Origin: Candidatus Saccharimonadota bacterium
Lineage (GTDB): Bacteria > Patescibacteriota > Saccharimonadia > Saccharimonadales > JACDBH01
Length of the DNA stretch: 64,000 nt
Reading direction: 5' to 3'
NCBI GenBank assembly: GCA_028289135.1
Contig: JAQGGW010000007.1
Location: 2,300 to 66,299 of the forward strand
Of the stretch, positions 20,495-31,418 are shown piece by piece; within the stretch, counting starts at the first letter, position 1; each line of letters starts with the position of its first letter. The position numbers and the translations under genes were made by a program. The notes under the pieces are model-generated. The model searched no databases and had not been told where the DNA came from. It was given only the letters and a program-made list of their open reading frames with translations.

Positions 20495-22285
20495 ATGAGT
20501 GTACTTTCCGCTTCCATCCAAAAGCAGGTTGAAGACCAGCTTGTTAAGGGCCAACTTGTTGCCGCCGATAAACTCGCCGCCGCTAAGCAAAAAGCAACGT
20601 CATCAAATACGCCGCTGTTTTTGCAGCTCGTTAACGACAAATTAATAGATAACGAGCACCTGACAAAAACCATTGCCCTTGTAACAAAGGTCCCATACGT
20701 AAACCTCAACAATACGATTGTTGACCAAAAAACCCTTGAGTTGCTTTCGCACGACATTGCTGAGCGTTATATGGCGGTGCCTCTGGGCGAAATGCAGAAC
20801 CGGCTTGTAGTAGCCATGTTGGACGCCGATAATGTCCAGGCCGTTGACTTTTTAAGTAACAAAATTGGCCGCCCGCTTAAGGTCTATACTGCCAGTGAAG
20901 AAGGTATCCGCAACGTTTTGCTGCAATACCCTTCTTCTTTGTCAAAAGGCGTTACGGAGTCGCTGGAGCATCAGGCAGAACAAAATGACCAGCCAGGCGA
21001 AGATCCTAAGGACACGTCTAAAGTTAAAAACATCAAGACAATAGTCCAGGACTCGCCAATCTCGAAAGCGCTGTCCACAATTTTGGAATACGCGGCCAAA
21101 AACCGGGCCAGCGATATACACATTGAACCGCTAGAAAAAGAGCTTAAAATCCGCGCCCGGATTGACGGCGTACTTCGTGAAATTATGAAGCTGCCAAAAA
21201 CCACCGAACCGCCACTGGTTAGCCGTATCAAAATCCTTAGCAACCTCAAGATCGACGAACACCGCATCCCTCAGGATGGCCAGTTTACGATTCATGTGGA
21301 CGACAAAGACATTGACCTTCGTATTGCCATCAGCCCGGTTGTTTGGGGCGAACAAGTGGTTATCCGTCTGCTAGACAAGTCCGGAACCAGCTTTAAGCTT
21401 GAAGACATGGGCTACACCGGACGGGCTCTAAGGACTATCCGTGACGGCGTAAAAAATCCAAACGGGATGGTCTTGACCTCTGGTCCAACGGGTTCTGGCA
21501 AGTCCACCAGCCTCTACGCGCTAATCCAGGAAATCAAGAACGAGAGCATTAACATTGTCACGCTCGAAGACCCGGTTGAGTATAAGATGGATGGCATTAA
21601 CCAGATCCAGGTAAATGCCGACGTTGGCCTGACATTCGCGGCCGGCCTCCGTTCTATCTTGCGCCAAGATCCAAACGTGGTGATGGTGGGGGAGATCCGT
21701 GACCCAGAAACTGCCAATTTGGCGGTGCAGGCAGCGCTAACAGGGCACTTGGTGTTTAGTACGCTGCACACCAACTCGGCAGCCGGAATTTTGCCGCGGC
21801 TTCTGGACATGGATATTGAGCCGTTTTTGATTGCCAGCACCGTGCGGGTTGTGATTGGCCAGCGTCTGGTGCGCAAAATTGCCGTCCCTGAGCCGTATCA
21901 GAGCGACAAGATAGAAACGGCAGCCATAAATAAATATATTGGCCATTTGCTGCCCGAAAAAGAGAGTGACATTGCCGCCGTCGCCGAAGATTTAGGCTAT
22001 AAAACCTTGCCTCTTCGTGGCCAAACCGCTTATACTTTGTACAAGGGCAAGGACGCGCCTGACGCGCCCGGTGGCTACAAGGGTAGAATTGGGCTTTATG
22101 AAGTCTTTGAAGTTAAAGAAAACATCCAAGACCTCATTATGAAGCGGGCAACAGCCGGCGAAATTCAAAAAGCAGCCCAGACAAATGGCATGATAACCAT
22201 GCAGCAGGACGGATATTTAAAAGCATTAGCAGGCAAGACCAGCTTGGCCGAAGTTAACAGGGTGGCCGCAGATGACGTTGCATAA
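20495..22285 (+). CDS. pilB: Type IV pilus extension ATPase PilB/GspE
   Basis: ASDIHIEP, GPTGSGKS, TLEDPVE, LRQDP, GEIRD, TLHTN. Confidence 0.95.
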   Translation: MSVLSASIQKQVEDQLVKGQLVAADKLAAAKQKATSSNTPLFLQLVNDKLIDNEHLTKTIALVTKVPYVNLNNTIVDQKTLELLSHDIAERYMAVPLGEMQNRLVVAMLDADNVQAVDFLSNKIGRPLKVYTASEEGIRNVLLQYPSSLSKGVTESLEHQAEQNDQPGEDPKDTSKVKNIKTIVQDSPISKALSTILEYAAKNRASDIHIEPLEKELKIRARIDGVLREIMKLPKTTEPPLVSRIKILSNLKIDEHRIPQDGQFTIHVDDKDIDLRIAISPVVWGEQVVIRLLDKSGTSFKLEDMGYTGRALRTIRDGVKNPNGMVLTSGPTGSGKSTSLYALIQEIKNESINIVTLEDPVEYKMDGINQIQVNADVGLTFAAGLRSILRQDPNVVMVGEIRDPETANLAVQAALTGHLVFSTLHTNSAAGILPRLLDMDIEPFLIASTVRVVIGQRLVRKIAVPEPYQSDKIETAAINKYIGHLLPEKESDIAAVAEDLGYKTLPLRGQTAYTLYKGKDAPDAPGGYKGRIGLYEVFEVKENIQDLIMKRATAGEIQKAAQTNGMITMQQDGYLKALAGKTSLAEVNRVAADDVA

Positions 22286-22339
22286 ACAAGAAGGAGTGGG
22301 GATGACAAAATCTAACATACAGATCAGGGGCAAAATCTA

Positions 22340-23410
<1,071 letters not shown>

Positions 23411-23416
23411 GGTAAG

Positions 23417-24640
23417 ATGTTAACTTTTAAGTATGAAGCCCGCGACTCACGTACCGGCCAGCTCATAAAAGCTGAGGTAGAAGCCGATAATGAGCAGTCT
23501 GCCTCAAAACTCATTCGGCAAGAAGGGCTATCCCCGCTACAAATTACTATGAAAGAAGCGGGAAGCAGTAACCCTATTAGCAAGTTCCAGAACCGTGTTA
23601 AAGCAAAGGACAGGATTTTGTTTGCCCGGCAGCTCTCGACGCTTATTAATGCGGGGCTGCCGTTGGTACAAAGTTTGCGTAGTGTTGCCGATCAAACAGT
23701 TTCGAAGCCGCTAAAAGTAGTTATTAATAAAATCATTACCGATATTGAAGCCGGCGGGGCATTCGCAGCTTCCCTCGAAAAGCACCCCAAGGTGTTTAAC
23801 CAGGTGTTCATTAGCCTCGTTTCCGCTGGTGAAGCATCGGGCACGCTCGATAAAGCATTGGAACGGGTTGCACTCCAACAAGAAAAAGACGCCGAAATTT
23901 TAAGCAAAGTCCGCGGCGCGATGGCTTACCCAATCATTGTGTTGATGGTTATGGGCGGTGTGGTGGGCTTTATGATTGTAAAAGTATTGCCGCAGGTAGA
24001 GAGCATTTATAAAGGCATTCCTGGCACCAAACTGCCGTTTATCACCGTAGCGCTGCTGGCAGTTTCGCACTTTATTATCAATTTTTGGTGGGTGGTAATT
24101 ATAATTACAGTTCTGGTGGTTTTTGCTACAACCAAATGGGCGCGGACAGGGCCTGGTAAAGAAATTATTGACAAACTCAAGATGAAGATGTGGCCCGTTG
24201 GCCCGTTGTTTATGAAAATGTATATGGCTCGGTTTGCCCGCACGGGTACAACTCTTGTTTCAAGCGGTGTGCCGCTACTCCAGGTGCTGGACATTACTTC
24301 TAGGGCGGTAAACAATGTTCACATTGGCCGGTCTCTAAACAAGGCTGCCGAAAAGGTAAGGGGCGGTAAAGCGCTCTCGGCCGCAATCGATAAAGACCCT
24401 AACTTTTTGGAATTGGTACCAAACATGCTTAGGATTGGTGAGCAATCTGGCCAGATCGAGCAAATGATGGAAAAAGTTGCCGAATATTACGAAAAAGAAG
24501 TGGACCAGCAGATTAAAACCATCTCTACCATTATTGAACCCGTCATGATGGTATTGCTTGGGGTCGTCGCATTTATCTTGGTTGCGGCAATCTTGCTGCC
24601 AATATATGGTTTAGCCGGACAAACCCAGAATATCCGTTAA
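23417..24640 (+). CDS. pilC: Type IV pilus platform protein PilC (GspF family)
   Basis: RQLSTLINAG, GEASG, AMAYP, GEQSG, IIEP. Confidence 0.95.
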   Translation: MLTFKYEARDSRTGQLIKAEVEADNEQSASKLIRQEGLSPLQITMKEAGSSNPISKFQNRVKAKDRILFARQLSTLINAGLPLVQSLRSVADQTVSKPLKVVINKIITDIEAGGAFAASLEKHPKVFNQVFISLVSAGEASGTLDKALERVALQQEKDAEILSKVRGAMAYPIIVLMVMGGVVGFMIVKVLPQVESIYKGIPGTKLPFITVALLAVSHFIINFWWVVIIITVLVVFATTKWARTGPGKEIIDKLKMKMWPVGPLFMKMYMARFARTGTTLVSSGVPLLQVLDITSRAVNNVHIGRSLNKAAEKVRGGKALSAAIDKDPNFLELVPNMLRIGEQSGQIEQMMEKVAEYYEKEVDQQIKTISTIIEPVMMVLLGVVAFILVAAILLPIYGLAGQTQNIR

Positions 24641-24747
24641 AATACTCTCTGAGCGTCTCTGTAAGAAAACGCTTGTGTTTTAAGTGAAGTGCCGTTATTA
24701 TTCATGTATATAAATTAATCATTCTCAATTCGAAAGGGAAACAACAA

Positions 24748-25230
24748 ATGGTGGGCAACTTTAAAAGTAAAAGAGAAGAAGGCTTCACGATTATTGAAGT
24801 CTTGATTGTTTTGGCAATCGCAGGTTTGATTATGTTAATCGTGTTCTTGGCAGTTCCTGCTTTGCAGCGTAACTCTCGTAACACACAACGTAAGAGTGAT
24901 GTTACGGCAATTCTCGGTGCGGCATCAGAATATGTAACTAACAATGGCGGTAAATTACCTGCCGCGACTGGAGCTTTTAATACCGTATTCGTAAACTCGA
25001 ATGTAAATCTTGGCTTTTACCTTCCAGCCAACGTAAAATATAACTATTCGGCAGCCGCACGTGCATCAGCTCCTGCTGTTGCAGCAGGTAACGACGCTGT
25101 TACGGTTTACAACTACCTAAAGTGCAACGGCAATGTTGCGACTATAACTGGAGCATCAGCACGAAGTCTTGCTTCGCTCTACAATGTTGAAGGTTCGGGT
25201 GGTGACACTCCACAGTGCTCAGAGTCATAA
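24748..25230 (+). CDS. pilA: Major type IV pilin
   Basis: Class III signal EG|FTIIEV; own upstream region and downstream terminator suggest high expression. Confidence 0.85.
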   Translation: MVGNFKSKREEGFTIIEVLIVLAIAGLIMLIVFLAVPALQRNSRNTQRKSDVTAILGAASEYVTNNGGKLPAATGAFNTVFVNSNVNLGFYLPANVKYNYSAAARASAPAVAAGNDAVTVYNYLKCNGNVATITGASARSLASLYNVEGSGGDTPQCSES

Positions 25231-25242
25231 AATAAAATTATT

Positions 25243-25269
25243 AAAAGAGCCTCATCACGAGGCTCTTTT
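25243..25269 (+). terminator. Intrinsic terminator after pilin
   Basis: aaaagagcctc-atcac-gaggctctttt. Confidence 0.8.
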
Positions 25270-25289
25270 AATATGCTAAGATAAGCACA

Positions 25290-26141
25290 ATGATAGTATT
25301 GATCTTAATAGTTCTTGGGTTATGTTTTGGTAGCTTTGTAAACGCCACCGTGTGGCGAATACACGAGCAAAAAGCTTTAAAGCAAAAGCCCAAGCGGGGA
25401 TCAAAGAAACCAGCCTTAACCGCCAAAGAGCTTTCGATCTCAAAAGGTCGTAGTATGTGTACGCATTGCCACCATGTTTTGGCTGCCAAGGATCTCATAC
25501 CGGTGTTGTCTTGGGTAGAGCTTCGGGGCAAATGCCGGTACTGTGGCAAAAGGATCGAAGACACTCCGCTTGCCGAACTGCTGACTCCACTACTGTTTGT
25601 AATTTCTTATCTGTGGTGGCCAACCACATTCACGACCATGCAAACGGTTAATTTTGTTATGTGGTGCGTGGCGCTAGTTGGCTTTGTGGCGCTTATGATC
25701 TATGACATCCGCTGGCTCACGCTGCCAAACCGGATTGTGTACCCGCTAACCGTGCTGGCGGCTGGTGTAGCCATCCTAAACATCACTGTGTTTCATGGCG
25801 GCATGTCGAGCCTTAAGGACATCGGTTTTGCCGTACTTATCGACGCCGGGCTCTTTTACGGCTTGTTTCAGCTATCCAAGGGCAAATGGATTGGAGGCGG
25901 TGACGTAAAGCTCGGATTATTACTTGGTTTGCTTATAGCAGCACCTATACCAGCATTTTTAGTGCTGTTTTTTGCTTCGCTTATTGGGACGGTATTGATT
26001 TTGCCTGGTCTAATAACCAAAAAGGTAACGGCCAAAAGCCACATTCCATTCGGACCGTTTTTAATTATTGCGACAATAATTGTCCGCCTCTTCGGTGCCG
26101 GCATAGTAGCCTGGTACAAAAAGAAATTTTTACTGTATTAA
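25290..26141 (+). CDS. pilD: Prepilin peptidase
   Basis: GSFVNA, RSMC..C, GKCRYC, YDI, GGGDVKL, IPFGPF. Confidence 0.95.
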   Translation: MIVLILIVLGLCFGSFVNATVWRIHEQKALKQKPKRGSKKPALTAKELSISKGRSMCTHCHHVLAAKDLIPVLSWVELRGKCRYCGKRIEDTPLAELLTPLLFVISYLWWPTTFTTMQTVNFVMWCVALVGFVALMIYDIRWLTLPNRIVYPLTVLAAGVAILNITVFHGGMSSLKDIGFAVLIDAGLFYGLFQLSKGKWIGGGDVKLGLLLGLLIAAPIPAFLVLFFASLIGTVLILPGLITKKVTAKSHIPFGPFLIIATIIVRLFGAGIVAWYKKKFLLY

Positions 26142-26143
26142 CA

Positions 26144-26265
26144 CCCCACAAGGCAGGCCTTGCGGGGGCCCCATGATAAAGTTTATTTTATCCCCTACAT
26201 ATTAATTTGCAGGGTTACAGCTCATTCCAATCGTGAAAAAGACCGAGATAAACTCGGATCTTTTT
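26144..26265 (+). repeat. Composite ~120-bp hairpin element, copy A1
   Basis: CCCC-N6-CAGG-N6-GGGG hairpin, GTTACAG core, AAAAAGACC..GGATCTTTTT hairpin; homologous to 26293-26411 and 61839-61959. Confidence 0.8.
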
Positions 26266-26292
26266 CCAGTACTCAGTATCCATGTCTTAAAC

Positions 26293-26411
26293 AAAAAGAT
26301 CCGGCTCCGCCGGTCTTTTTGCAGGAACGAAAGTGGCTGTAACTGGAGTGAATAACATACAAATAAAGAAAAATTCCCATAAGGGGCCCCCGCAAAGCCT
26401 GCTTTGTGGGG
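26293..26411 (-). repeat. Composite ~120-bp hairpin element, copy A2 (inverted relative to A1)
   Basis: Reverse complement shows the same three modules. Confidence 0.8.
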
Positions 26412-26436
26412 TACCGGTTATGCTATACTAACAGGT

Positions 26437-27240
26437 ATGAAAAGCGCCAAGGCGGTTGGTGTTGCAGGGTACACCATTTTAGAGGTTATGATCGTGCTCG
26501 TGGTAACGGGTGGTTTGTTTGCGAGTGTAGCTGCAATGCTCAGCGGTAAACAAGCTACAACCGAGTTCAACCAAGCAGTCCGTGACTATGAAGCTAAAAT
26601 CCAAGCAACGGCGAGCGATGTAGCTACGGGTTTTTATTCAACAGGAACTTTTAGCTGTAGCGTAAGTGGCCCAGGCCCCGTTACGTTTGCTCCAGCGCCG
26701 GTTAGTTTGCCCGGCACGAACAAAGGCTGTCTGTTTTTAGGCAAAATGTTGGCAACAGGGGCATTATCTACAGATATTTTTACTTTGGCCGGCCGCCAAT
26801 ATAAACCAGATAATATTACAGATATCGAGACTTTAGCGGACGCCTCAGCCCGGGCAGTATACTCTCCAGTAGATATTACAGAACCCTACACCAATAAATT
26901 TAGCATGATGATTAAAAACGTCTATACCATACCTGGCAATGTATCAATTGGCGGTTTTGGATTTATATCCGAGCTAAGCGGAGCAAATGGTGCTGGTAGC
27001 CCAGATACTGGGAGCAGGGGTGTTTTGCTATACGGCCTGACAGGTACCACATCTCCAAATGCCAACAACCGTGCAGCCAATGCTGCGCTTATTAATGCCG
27101 GCGTAACTCCTGAGCCTACGGGTGTAAGGGTGTGCCTTTGGGATGGTGGCAATCACAAAGGAGAAATAACGGTTGGTGATAACGGCAGTCAAACAACCAC
27201 AGAGGTAACGTTTGACAACGGAGTCAGCCCAGTATGTTAA
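26437..27240 (+). CDS. Minor type IV pilin
   Basis: AG|YTILEV; ATG 7 nt after TGCTATACT. Confidence 0.85.
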   Translation: MKSAKAVGVAGYTILEVMIVLVVTGGLFASVAAMLSGKQATTEFNQAVRDYEAKIQATASDVATGFYSTGTFSCSVSGPGPVTFAPAPVSLPGTNKGCLFLGKMLATGALSTDIFTLAGRQYKPDNITDIETLADASARAVYSPVDITEPYTNKFSMMIKNVYTIPGNVSIGGFGFISELSGANGAGSPDTGSRGVLLYGLTGTTSPNANNRAANAALINAGVTPEPTGVRVCLWDGGNHKGEITVGDNGSQTTTEVTFDNGVSPVC

Positions 27241-27704
27241 GACAGCGTAAATCACTTTTGGAGCGTGGCGACACTATCGTCGAAGTCTTAATTTCCATAG
27301 CCGTTGCGGGCTTGGTTCTTGCCATTACCTACAGCACTATGAACCGTAACCTACTCGTTACACAAGCCAGCCAGGAGCGTACCGAAGCCACCAAAATCGC
27401 ACAGGGCCAGCTAGAACTTATAAAAGCACACAACGATACAGGGGACACTACCATTACAAGTGGTACTTTTTGCCTTGATGCTTCTTCGACGACAGCTATC
27501 CCGGGCTTTACTGGCGGCTCACCTTTGCCCTCACTGCCTGATAACTTCGCAAACTATCCAGCTGGCTGCCGCGGCAAAGGCCTTAACGGCTTTTATAACA
27601 TCGGGATTACAACTAATAGCGGCATTTACAAAGTCTTCGTACGTTGGGACAGCGTTTTGGGCAACGGCCAACAGGACCAAGTCATAATGGTATACGAAAT
27701 ATGA
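27234..27704 (+). CDS. Minor type IV pilin (PilV-like)
   Basis: RG|DTIVEV, C-terminal V.W motif. Confidence 0.82.
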   Translation: MLRQRKSLLERGDTIVEVLISIAVAGLVLAITYSTMNRNLLVTQASQERTEATKIAQGQLELIKAHNDTGDTTITSGTFCLDASSTTAIPGFTGGSPLPSLPDNFANYPAGCRGKGLNGFYNIGITTNSGIYKVFVRWDSVLGNGQQDQVIMVYEI

Positions 27705-28345
27705 GATTTTTTAGTAGCAACGGCCAAAAGAATAAAGAACAGGGCTTTACAATCCTTGAGCTGCTTATATCTACCGCGGTATTTTCGGTTGTTTTACTTC
27801 TGTGCGCGACTGCCATTGTCCAGGTAGGCCAGATCTACTATAAGGGAGTTGTAACGAATCGAATTCAGGATACTTCACGCAAAGTTGCGAACGATGTAAT
27901 CGGCGCGATACAGTATGGCGATACTAATTTGCTGCACCAAAAAGTTCCTATCACCGGGGGCTTCGCGGAATGCCTTGGTACTATTCGCTACACCTATTTA
28001 CTTTCTAAATCAGTGGGTACAGGGACTGGGCAATCGGCACATGTGTTATGGAAAGATCGTATTGGGGCGTCTGGTTCTTGCGGGTTAAACCCAGTAAACC
28101 TCAACGCGCCTGTGGGCCAGGGCGAAGAGCTGCTTGGGCCAAATATGCGCGTTAAAGACTTTACGATTAACTCGCTGACTGGCAGCACGTGGCAGGTCAC
28201 TATAACAGTTGCATACGGCGCAACAGATGACGTATTTAACCTTGTAGGTGGTGTCTATGATTATGGCCACTGCATTCCAAGAAACACAGGCGGGCAGTTT
28301 TGTGCAGTGTCATCAATTACCAGTTATGTGACAGAAAGGTTATGA
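27701..28345 (+). CDS. Minor type IV pilin (PilW-like)
   Basis: QG|FTILEL; ATGA overlap with previous gene. Confidence 0.85.
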   Translation: MRFFSSNGQKNKEQGFTILELLISTAVFSVVLLLCATAIVQVGQIYYKGVVTNRIQDTSRKVANDVIGAIQYGDTNLLHQKVPITGGFAECLGTIRYTYLLSKSVGTGTGQSAHVLWKDRIGASGSCGLNPVNLNAPVGQGEELLGPNMRVKDFTINSLTGSTWQVTITVAYGATDDVFNLVGGVYDYGHCIPRNTGGQFCAVSSITSYVTERL

Positions 28346-28352
28346 TAAAAGT

Positions 28353-29426
28353 ATGAAATTGCTCAAGGTAAAAAACCAGCAGGGATTCGTATCAATCTTT
28401 TCGGTTTTAATTATTATGAGCGTCCTTACTTTGCTTGCTATAGGCTTTTCTAATATTACCCGCAGTGCCCAAAAGCGAACTTTGGACAACCAGCTAAACA
28501 CTCAGGCATTTTATGCCGCTGAGTCGGGCGTAAATGAGGCAAAAAAGGCCTTGCTCATCAACCCTACTGCCTCAAAGTCCACATGCCAGGGAACTACTAC
28601 ACCAGCAGTGCCAGGTACTTTTACTACCTATACTCTTGACGCTACACTTTCTTCTGGCTACACCTGTGTACTCATCAACCCCGCAATAGATCTTAAGTTC
28701 GACTCTGTTTCTACCCAAGGTGTAGGCTCGCCAAAAACCGGTACAATCGAAAGTTCTACGGGTCCGTTTGGGTCATTTGATGTCAGCTGGTCAGGACCAG
28801 GCGGAGGAGCCGTTCCAATCCCCAAACCGGCGGGAAGCTACCCATATATTTTAGATAACTCCGCATCTTGGGGCAACAAACTAGGCGTTTTGCGGGTTGA
28901 CCTAGTCCCAGTTGACCTAGGGCTCGACAGGGCTACGCTTGCCACCAAAAGCTACTCTTTTTATCTTTACCCATCACAAAATAGCCCCTCGAACCAAGCA
29001 ACACTCGGCGGCTTAAATGGTACGGCCGACCAAGCACAGCTCGTCTACGTTAAATGTGCGGCCACTGTTTCGCCTTGTAGCGCAACTGTACACGTCACCA
29101 ACAATGCCAGCAGCAAATTCTACATACGCGTGCAGTCACTTTACAACCCGTCGTCCTCAGTTATCCTCAACAATTTTAAGAGTAATACAGGAACGGCCTT
29201 AACAACAAAAAGCGGACAGGTAATTGTGGACGCAACTGGCAAGGCAAATGACGTGCTGCGGCGTATACAGGTAAGGGTAAAACAGTCAGGAACCGATAAT
29301 TTCTCATCTGACTATGCCATCCAGTCTGGAGAATCCATCTGTAAACGCTTGCAGGTTGCCAAGCCAGACAATGTAACTCCTACAACTACTGATCAGTCTG
29401 ATACGGCTTGCCAAACAAATAATTAA
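28353..29426 (+). CDS. PilX/GspK-like minor pilin
   Basis: QG|FVSIF lacking Glu5; QAFYAAESG motif. Confidence 0.85.
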   Translation: MKLLKVKNQQGFVSIFSVLIIMSVLTLLAIGFSNITRSAQKRTLDNQLNTQAFYAAESGVNEAKKALLINPTASKSTCQGTTTPAVPGTFTTYTLDATLSSGYTCVLINPAIDLKFDSVSTQGVGSPKTGTIESSTGPFGSFDVSWSGPGGGAVPIPKPAGSYPYILDNSASWGNKLGVLRVDLVPVDLGLDRATLATKSYSFYLYPSQNSPSNQATLGGLNGTADQAQLVYVKCAATVSPCSATVHVTNNASSKFYIRVQSLYNPSSSVILNNFKSNTGTALTTKSGQVIVDATGKANDVLRRIQVRVKQSGTDNFSSDYAIQSGESICKRLQVAKPDNVTPTTTDQSDTACQTNN

Positions 29427-29431
29427 ACATA

Positions 29432-29460
29432 CCCCATGAAACAGGTTTCATGGGGACCCC
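29432..29460 (+). repeat. CAGG-loop REP-like hairpin
   Basis: CCCCATGAAA-CAGG-TTTCATGGGG-ACCCC. Confidence 0.8.
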
Positions 29461-29489
29461 GTAAATTACGTTTGCTCCCGACCATCCCC

Positions 29490-29584
29490 CTCCTTGGAAA
29501 TTTCGGCACATTGATTTAGCCGCTGGAGACAGTTTTACGCTATTAAATCAACGTGCCGAAACTTCCCGTAAACCTCACCATGTA
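29490..29584 (-). repeat. Palindromic element B, copy 1
   Basis: 23-bp arms at 29496-29518 and 29544-29566; reverse complement nearly matches 63328-63424. Confidence 0.85.
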
Positions 29585-29645
29585 GCTAAAAGTCATGTGA
29601 AGCCCCCTGATGGGGCTTCACGGGGAAAGAAGTGGATATTATTAT

Positions 29646-30569
29646 CTAGATTTGTTTATCGTGAAATTTGGTGTGGATTTCTTTGAGGTGGGGGTCGGTG
29701 ACGTGGGTGTAGATCTGGGTGGTGGCGATGTTGCTGTGGCCAAGCATCGCCTGCACGCTTCGCAAATCAGCGCCGTTCATCAGTAGGTCGGTCGCAAAAC
29801 TGTGCCGCATGGTGTGCGGGCTAACGTGTTTGGTAATTCCGGCCAGCAGGGCATAGCGCGCAACTAACCTTTGTACGCTGCGTGCCGTTAAACGGTAAAA
29901 GTTGCCGTCCAAGTTTATTTGTTTGTGGCCGCTGTAGCGCACAAACAGCGGCTTAGCATTATCCATCCGCATGTCTAGGTATTTCTGAATGCAATCCGCT
30001 GCGGTGTCGCTGATAAAAATCGGCCGGTCTTTTTGGCCTTTTCCGCGCACCGTAAACTCTTTACGCTTTAAGTTAATATGATCTTTGTCGAGCCCAACCA
30101 GCTCCGATACACGCAGCCCAGATGAAAATAATAGCTCCATAATTGCTTTATCACGCAGGCCCGCCAAGCTATTTGTGTCCGGTGTTTCAAACATACGCTG
30201 CAGTTCTTCGGGAGTTAAAAACGTAACTTGTTTGCGGACGGTTCTTGCCAGCTCAACTTTGTCGGCGCTCATGCAGGGGAGGTCGCGTTTGGTGCAGTAT
30301 TTTAAGAAACTTCTAAGGGCAATCAAATGATAGTTCTGCGTGTTTTTTTGCAGCTCGTCCGACACGTTTGTGCCCAAGCGGTTGAGCCACAAACGCCACT
30401 TACGAAGCATCTCGGGGTCGATGTCACTAAGTTTCATGTCATCCCCGGCAAAGTCCAGCAAACGGGTCAGGTAATGGTCATAGTTTTGGATAGTCTTTTG
30501 TGAGCGGTTTTGCTCGATCTCCAGATATTCCAAAAAGTCAGTCTTTAGTTTGCTTACAAGCATAAACAT
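29646..30569 (-). CDS. Tyrosine recombinase, XerC/XerD family
   Basis: SSGLRVSEL, GKGQKDR, SPHTMRHSFAT, LGHSNIATTQIYTHV. Confidence 0.93.
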   Translation of the reverse strand: MFMLVSKLKTDFLEYLEIEQNRSQKTIQNYDHYLTRLLDFAGDDMKLSDIDPEMLRKWRLWLNRLGTNVSDELQKNTQNYHLIALRSFLKYCTKRDLPCMSADKVELARTVRKQVTFLTPEELQRMFETPDTNSLAGLRDKAIMELLFSSGLRVSELVGLDKDHINLKRKEFTVRGKGQKDRPIFISDTAADCIQKYLDMRMDNAKPLFVRYSGHKQINLDGNFYRLTARSVQRLVARYALLAGITKHVSPHTMRHSFATDLLMNGADLRSVQAMLGHSNIATTQIYTHVTDPHLKEIHTKFHDKQI

Positions 30570-30694
30570 AGTGTAACTGATGTAAAACAGATGTAAAGGT
30601 GAGTAAAAAATGTATTCAGCATGCTATCTGTTAGCGCTGGAAAAGTCCCGCATTTTCTGCTAGAATAGTGAAAAGTAACAAAAGGATAAATCTC

Positions 30695-31204
30695 ATGGAA
30701 CGAACTTTCATCATCTTCAAACCAGACGCAGTCCAACGCGGCATTGTAGGCGAAATCTTAACTCGCTTCGAAAAGGCCGGTCTTAAAATAGTCGGCACCA
30801 AAATGATCAAACCAACAGAAGAAGAGTTCCACCACCACTACGAAGGCATCAGCCAAATGATCTCACGCCGCGGCCAAAAAGCCTTTGACGTTACGCTTGC
30901 CATGATGCAAGAAGGCCCCGTCATCGCAGCAGTCCTTGAAGGCATTGAAGCCGTAAGTTTGGTCCGCAAAATGGTCGGCACAACCGAGCCAAAGAGTGCA
31001 CTGCCTGGTACCATCCGCGGCGACTACGCACACATGAGCTTTGGCTACGCAGACGGGCAGGGCGTTGGGATCCCCAACCTCATCCACGCATCTGGCGACG
31101 CCAACGAAGCCAAGCTTGAAATCGCACATTGGTTTAGCGACAGCGAACTCTTCGACTACGAAACCGCAGCTGAAGCCTTCACCCAGACTAAGTCAAAAAA
31201 ATAA
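30695..31204 (+). CDS. ndk: Nucleoside diphosphate kinase
   Basis: ERTFIIFKPDAVQRG, PGTIRGD, NLIHAS catalytic His. Confidence 0.95.
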   Translation: MERTFIIFKPDAVQRGIVGEILTRFEKAGLKIVGTKMIKPTEEEFHHHYEGISQMISRRGQKAFDVTLAMMQEGPVIAAVLEGIEAVSLVRKMVGTTEPKSALPGTIRGDYAHMSFGYADGQGVGIPNLIHASGDANEAKLEIAHWFSDSELFDYETAAEAFTQTKSKK

Positions 31205-31219
31205 CAGTTTTCAAAAGAT

Positions 31220-31251
31220 AAAAAAGCTCGTCATTATGACGAGCTTTTTTT
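31220..31251. terminator. Bidirectional intrinsic terminator
   Basis: aaaaaagctcgtca-tta-tgacgagctttttt. Confidence 0.85.
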
Positions 31252-31254
31252 AAC

Positions 31255-31397
31255 GTGCCTCTGGCAGGAATCGAATCGGAAGAATGCCTGCGGCATTCTG
31301 AGTACACGCTAAAGTCGCTTATGGGTAGATTTACTTAAAATACGAATGGTGCCCCTGGCAGGAATCGAACCCAGAACATGCCTGTGGCATGTTTCTG
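31255..31397 (-). repeat. Two tRNA-Arg 3'-end repeats, each fused to a hairpin
   Basis: 31347-31371 is identical to the tRNA 3' 25 nt; 31255-31275 has one mismatch; adjacent hairpins catgcc-tgt-ggcatg and agaatgcc-tgc-ggcattct. Confidence 0.85.
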
Positions 31398-31418
31398 TCG
31401 GTGTGAGCGATAGTAATT

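Noticed and set aside
29646..30569. Tyrosine recombinase as a prophage/island integrase near tRNA-Arg
   Set aside because: Size and motifs fit housekeeping XerC/D, it neighbours ndk, and there are no phage or conjugation genes.
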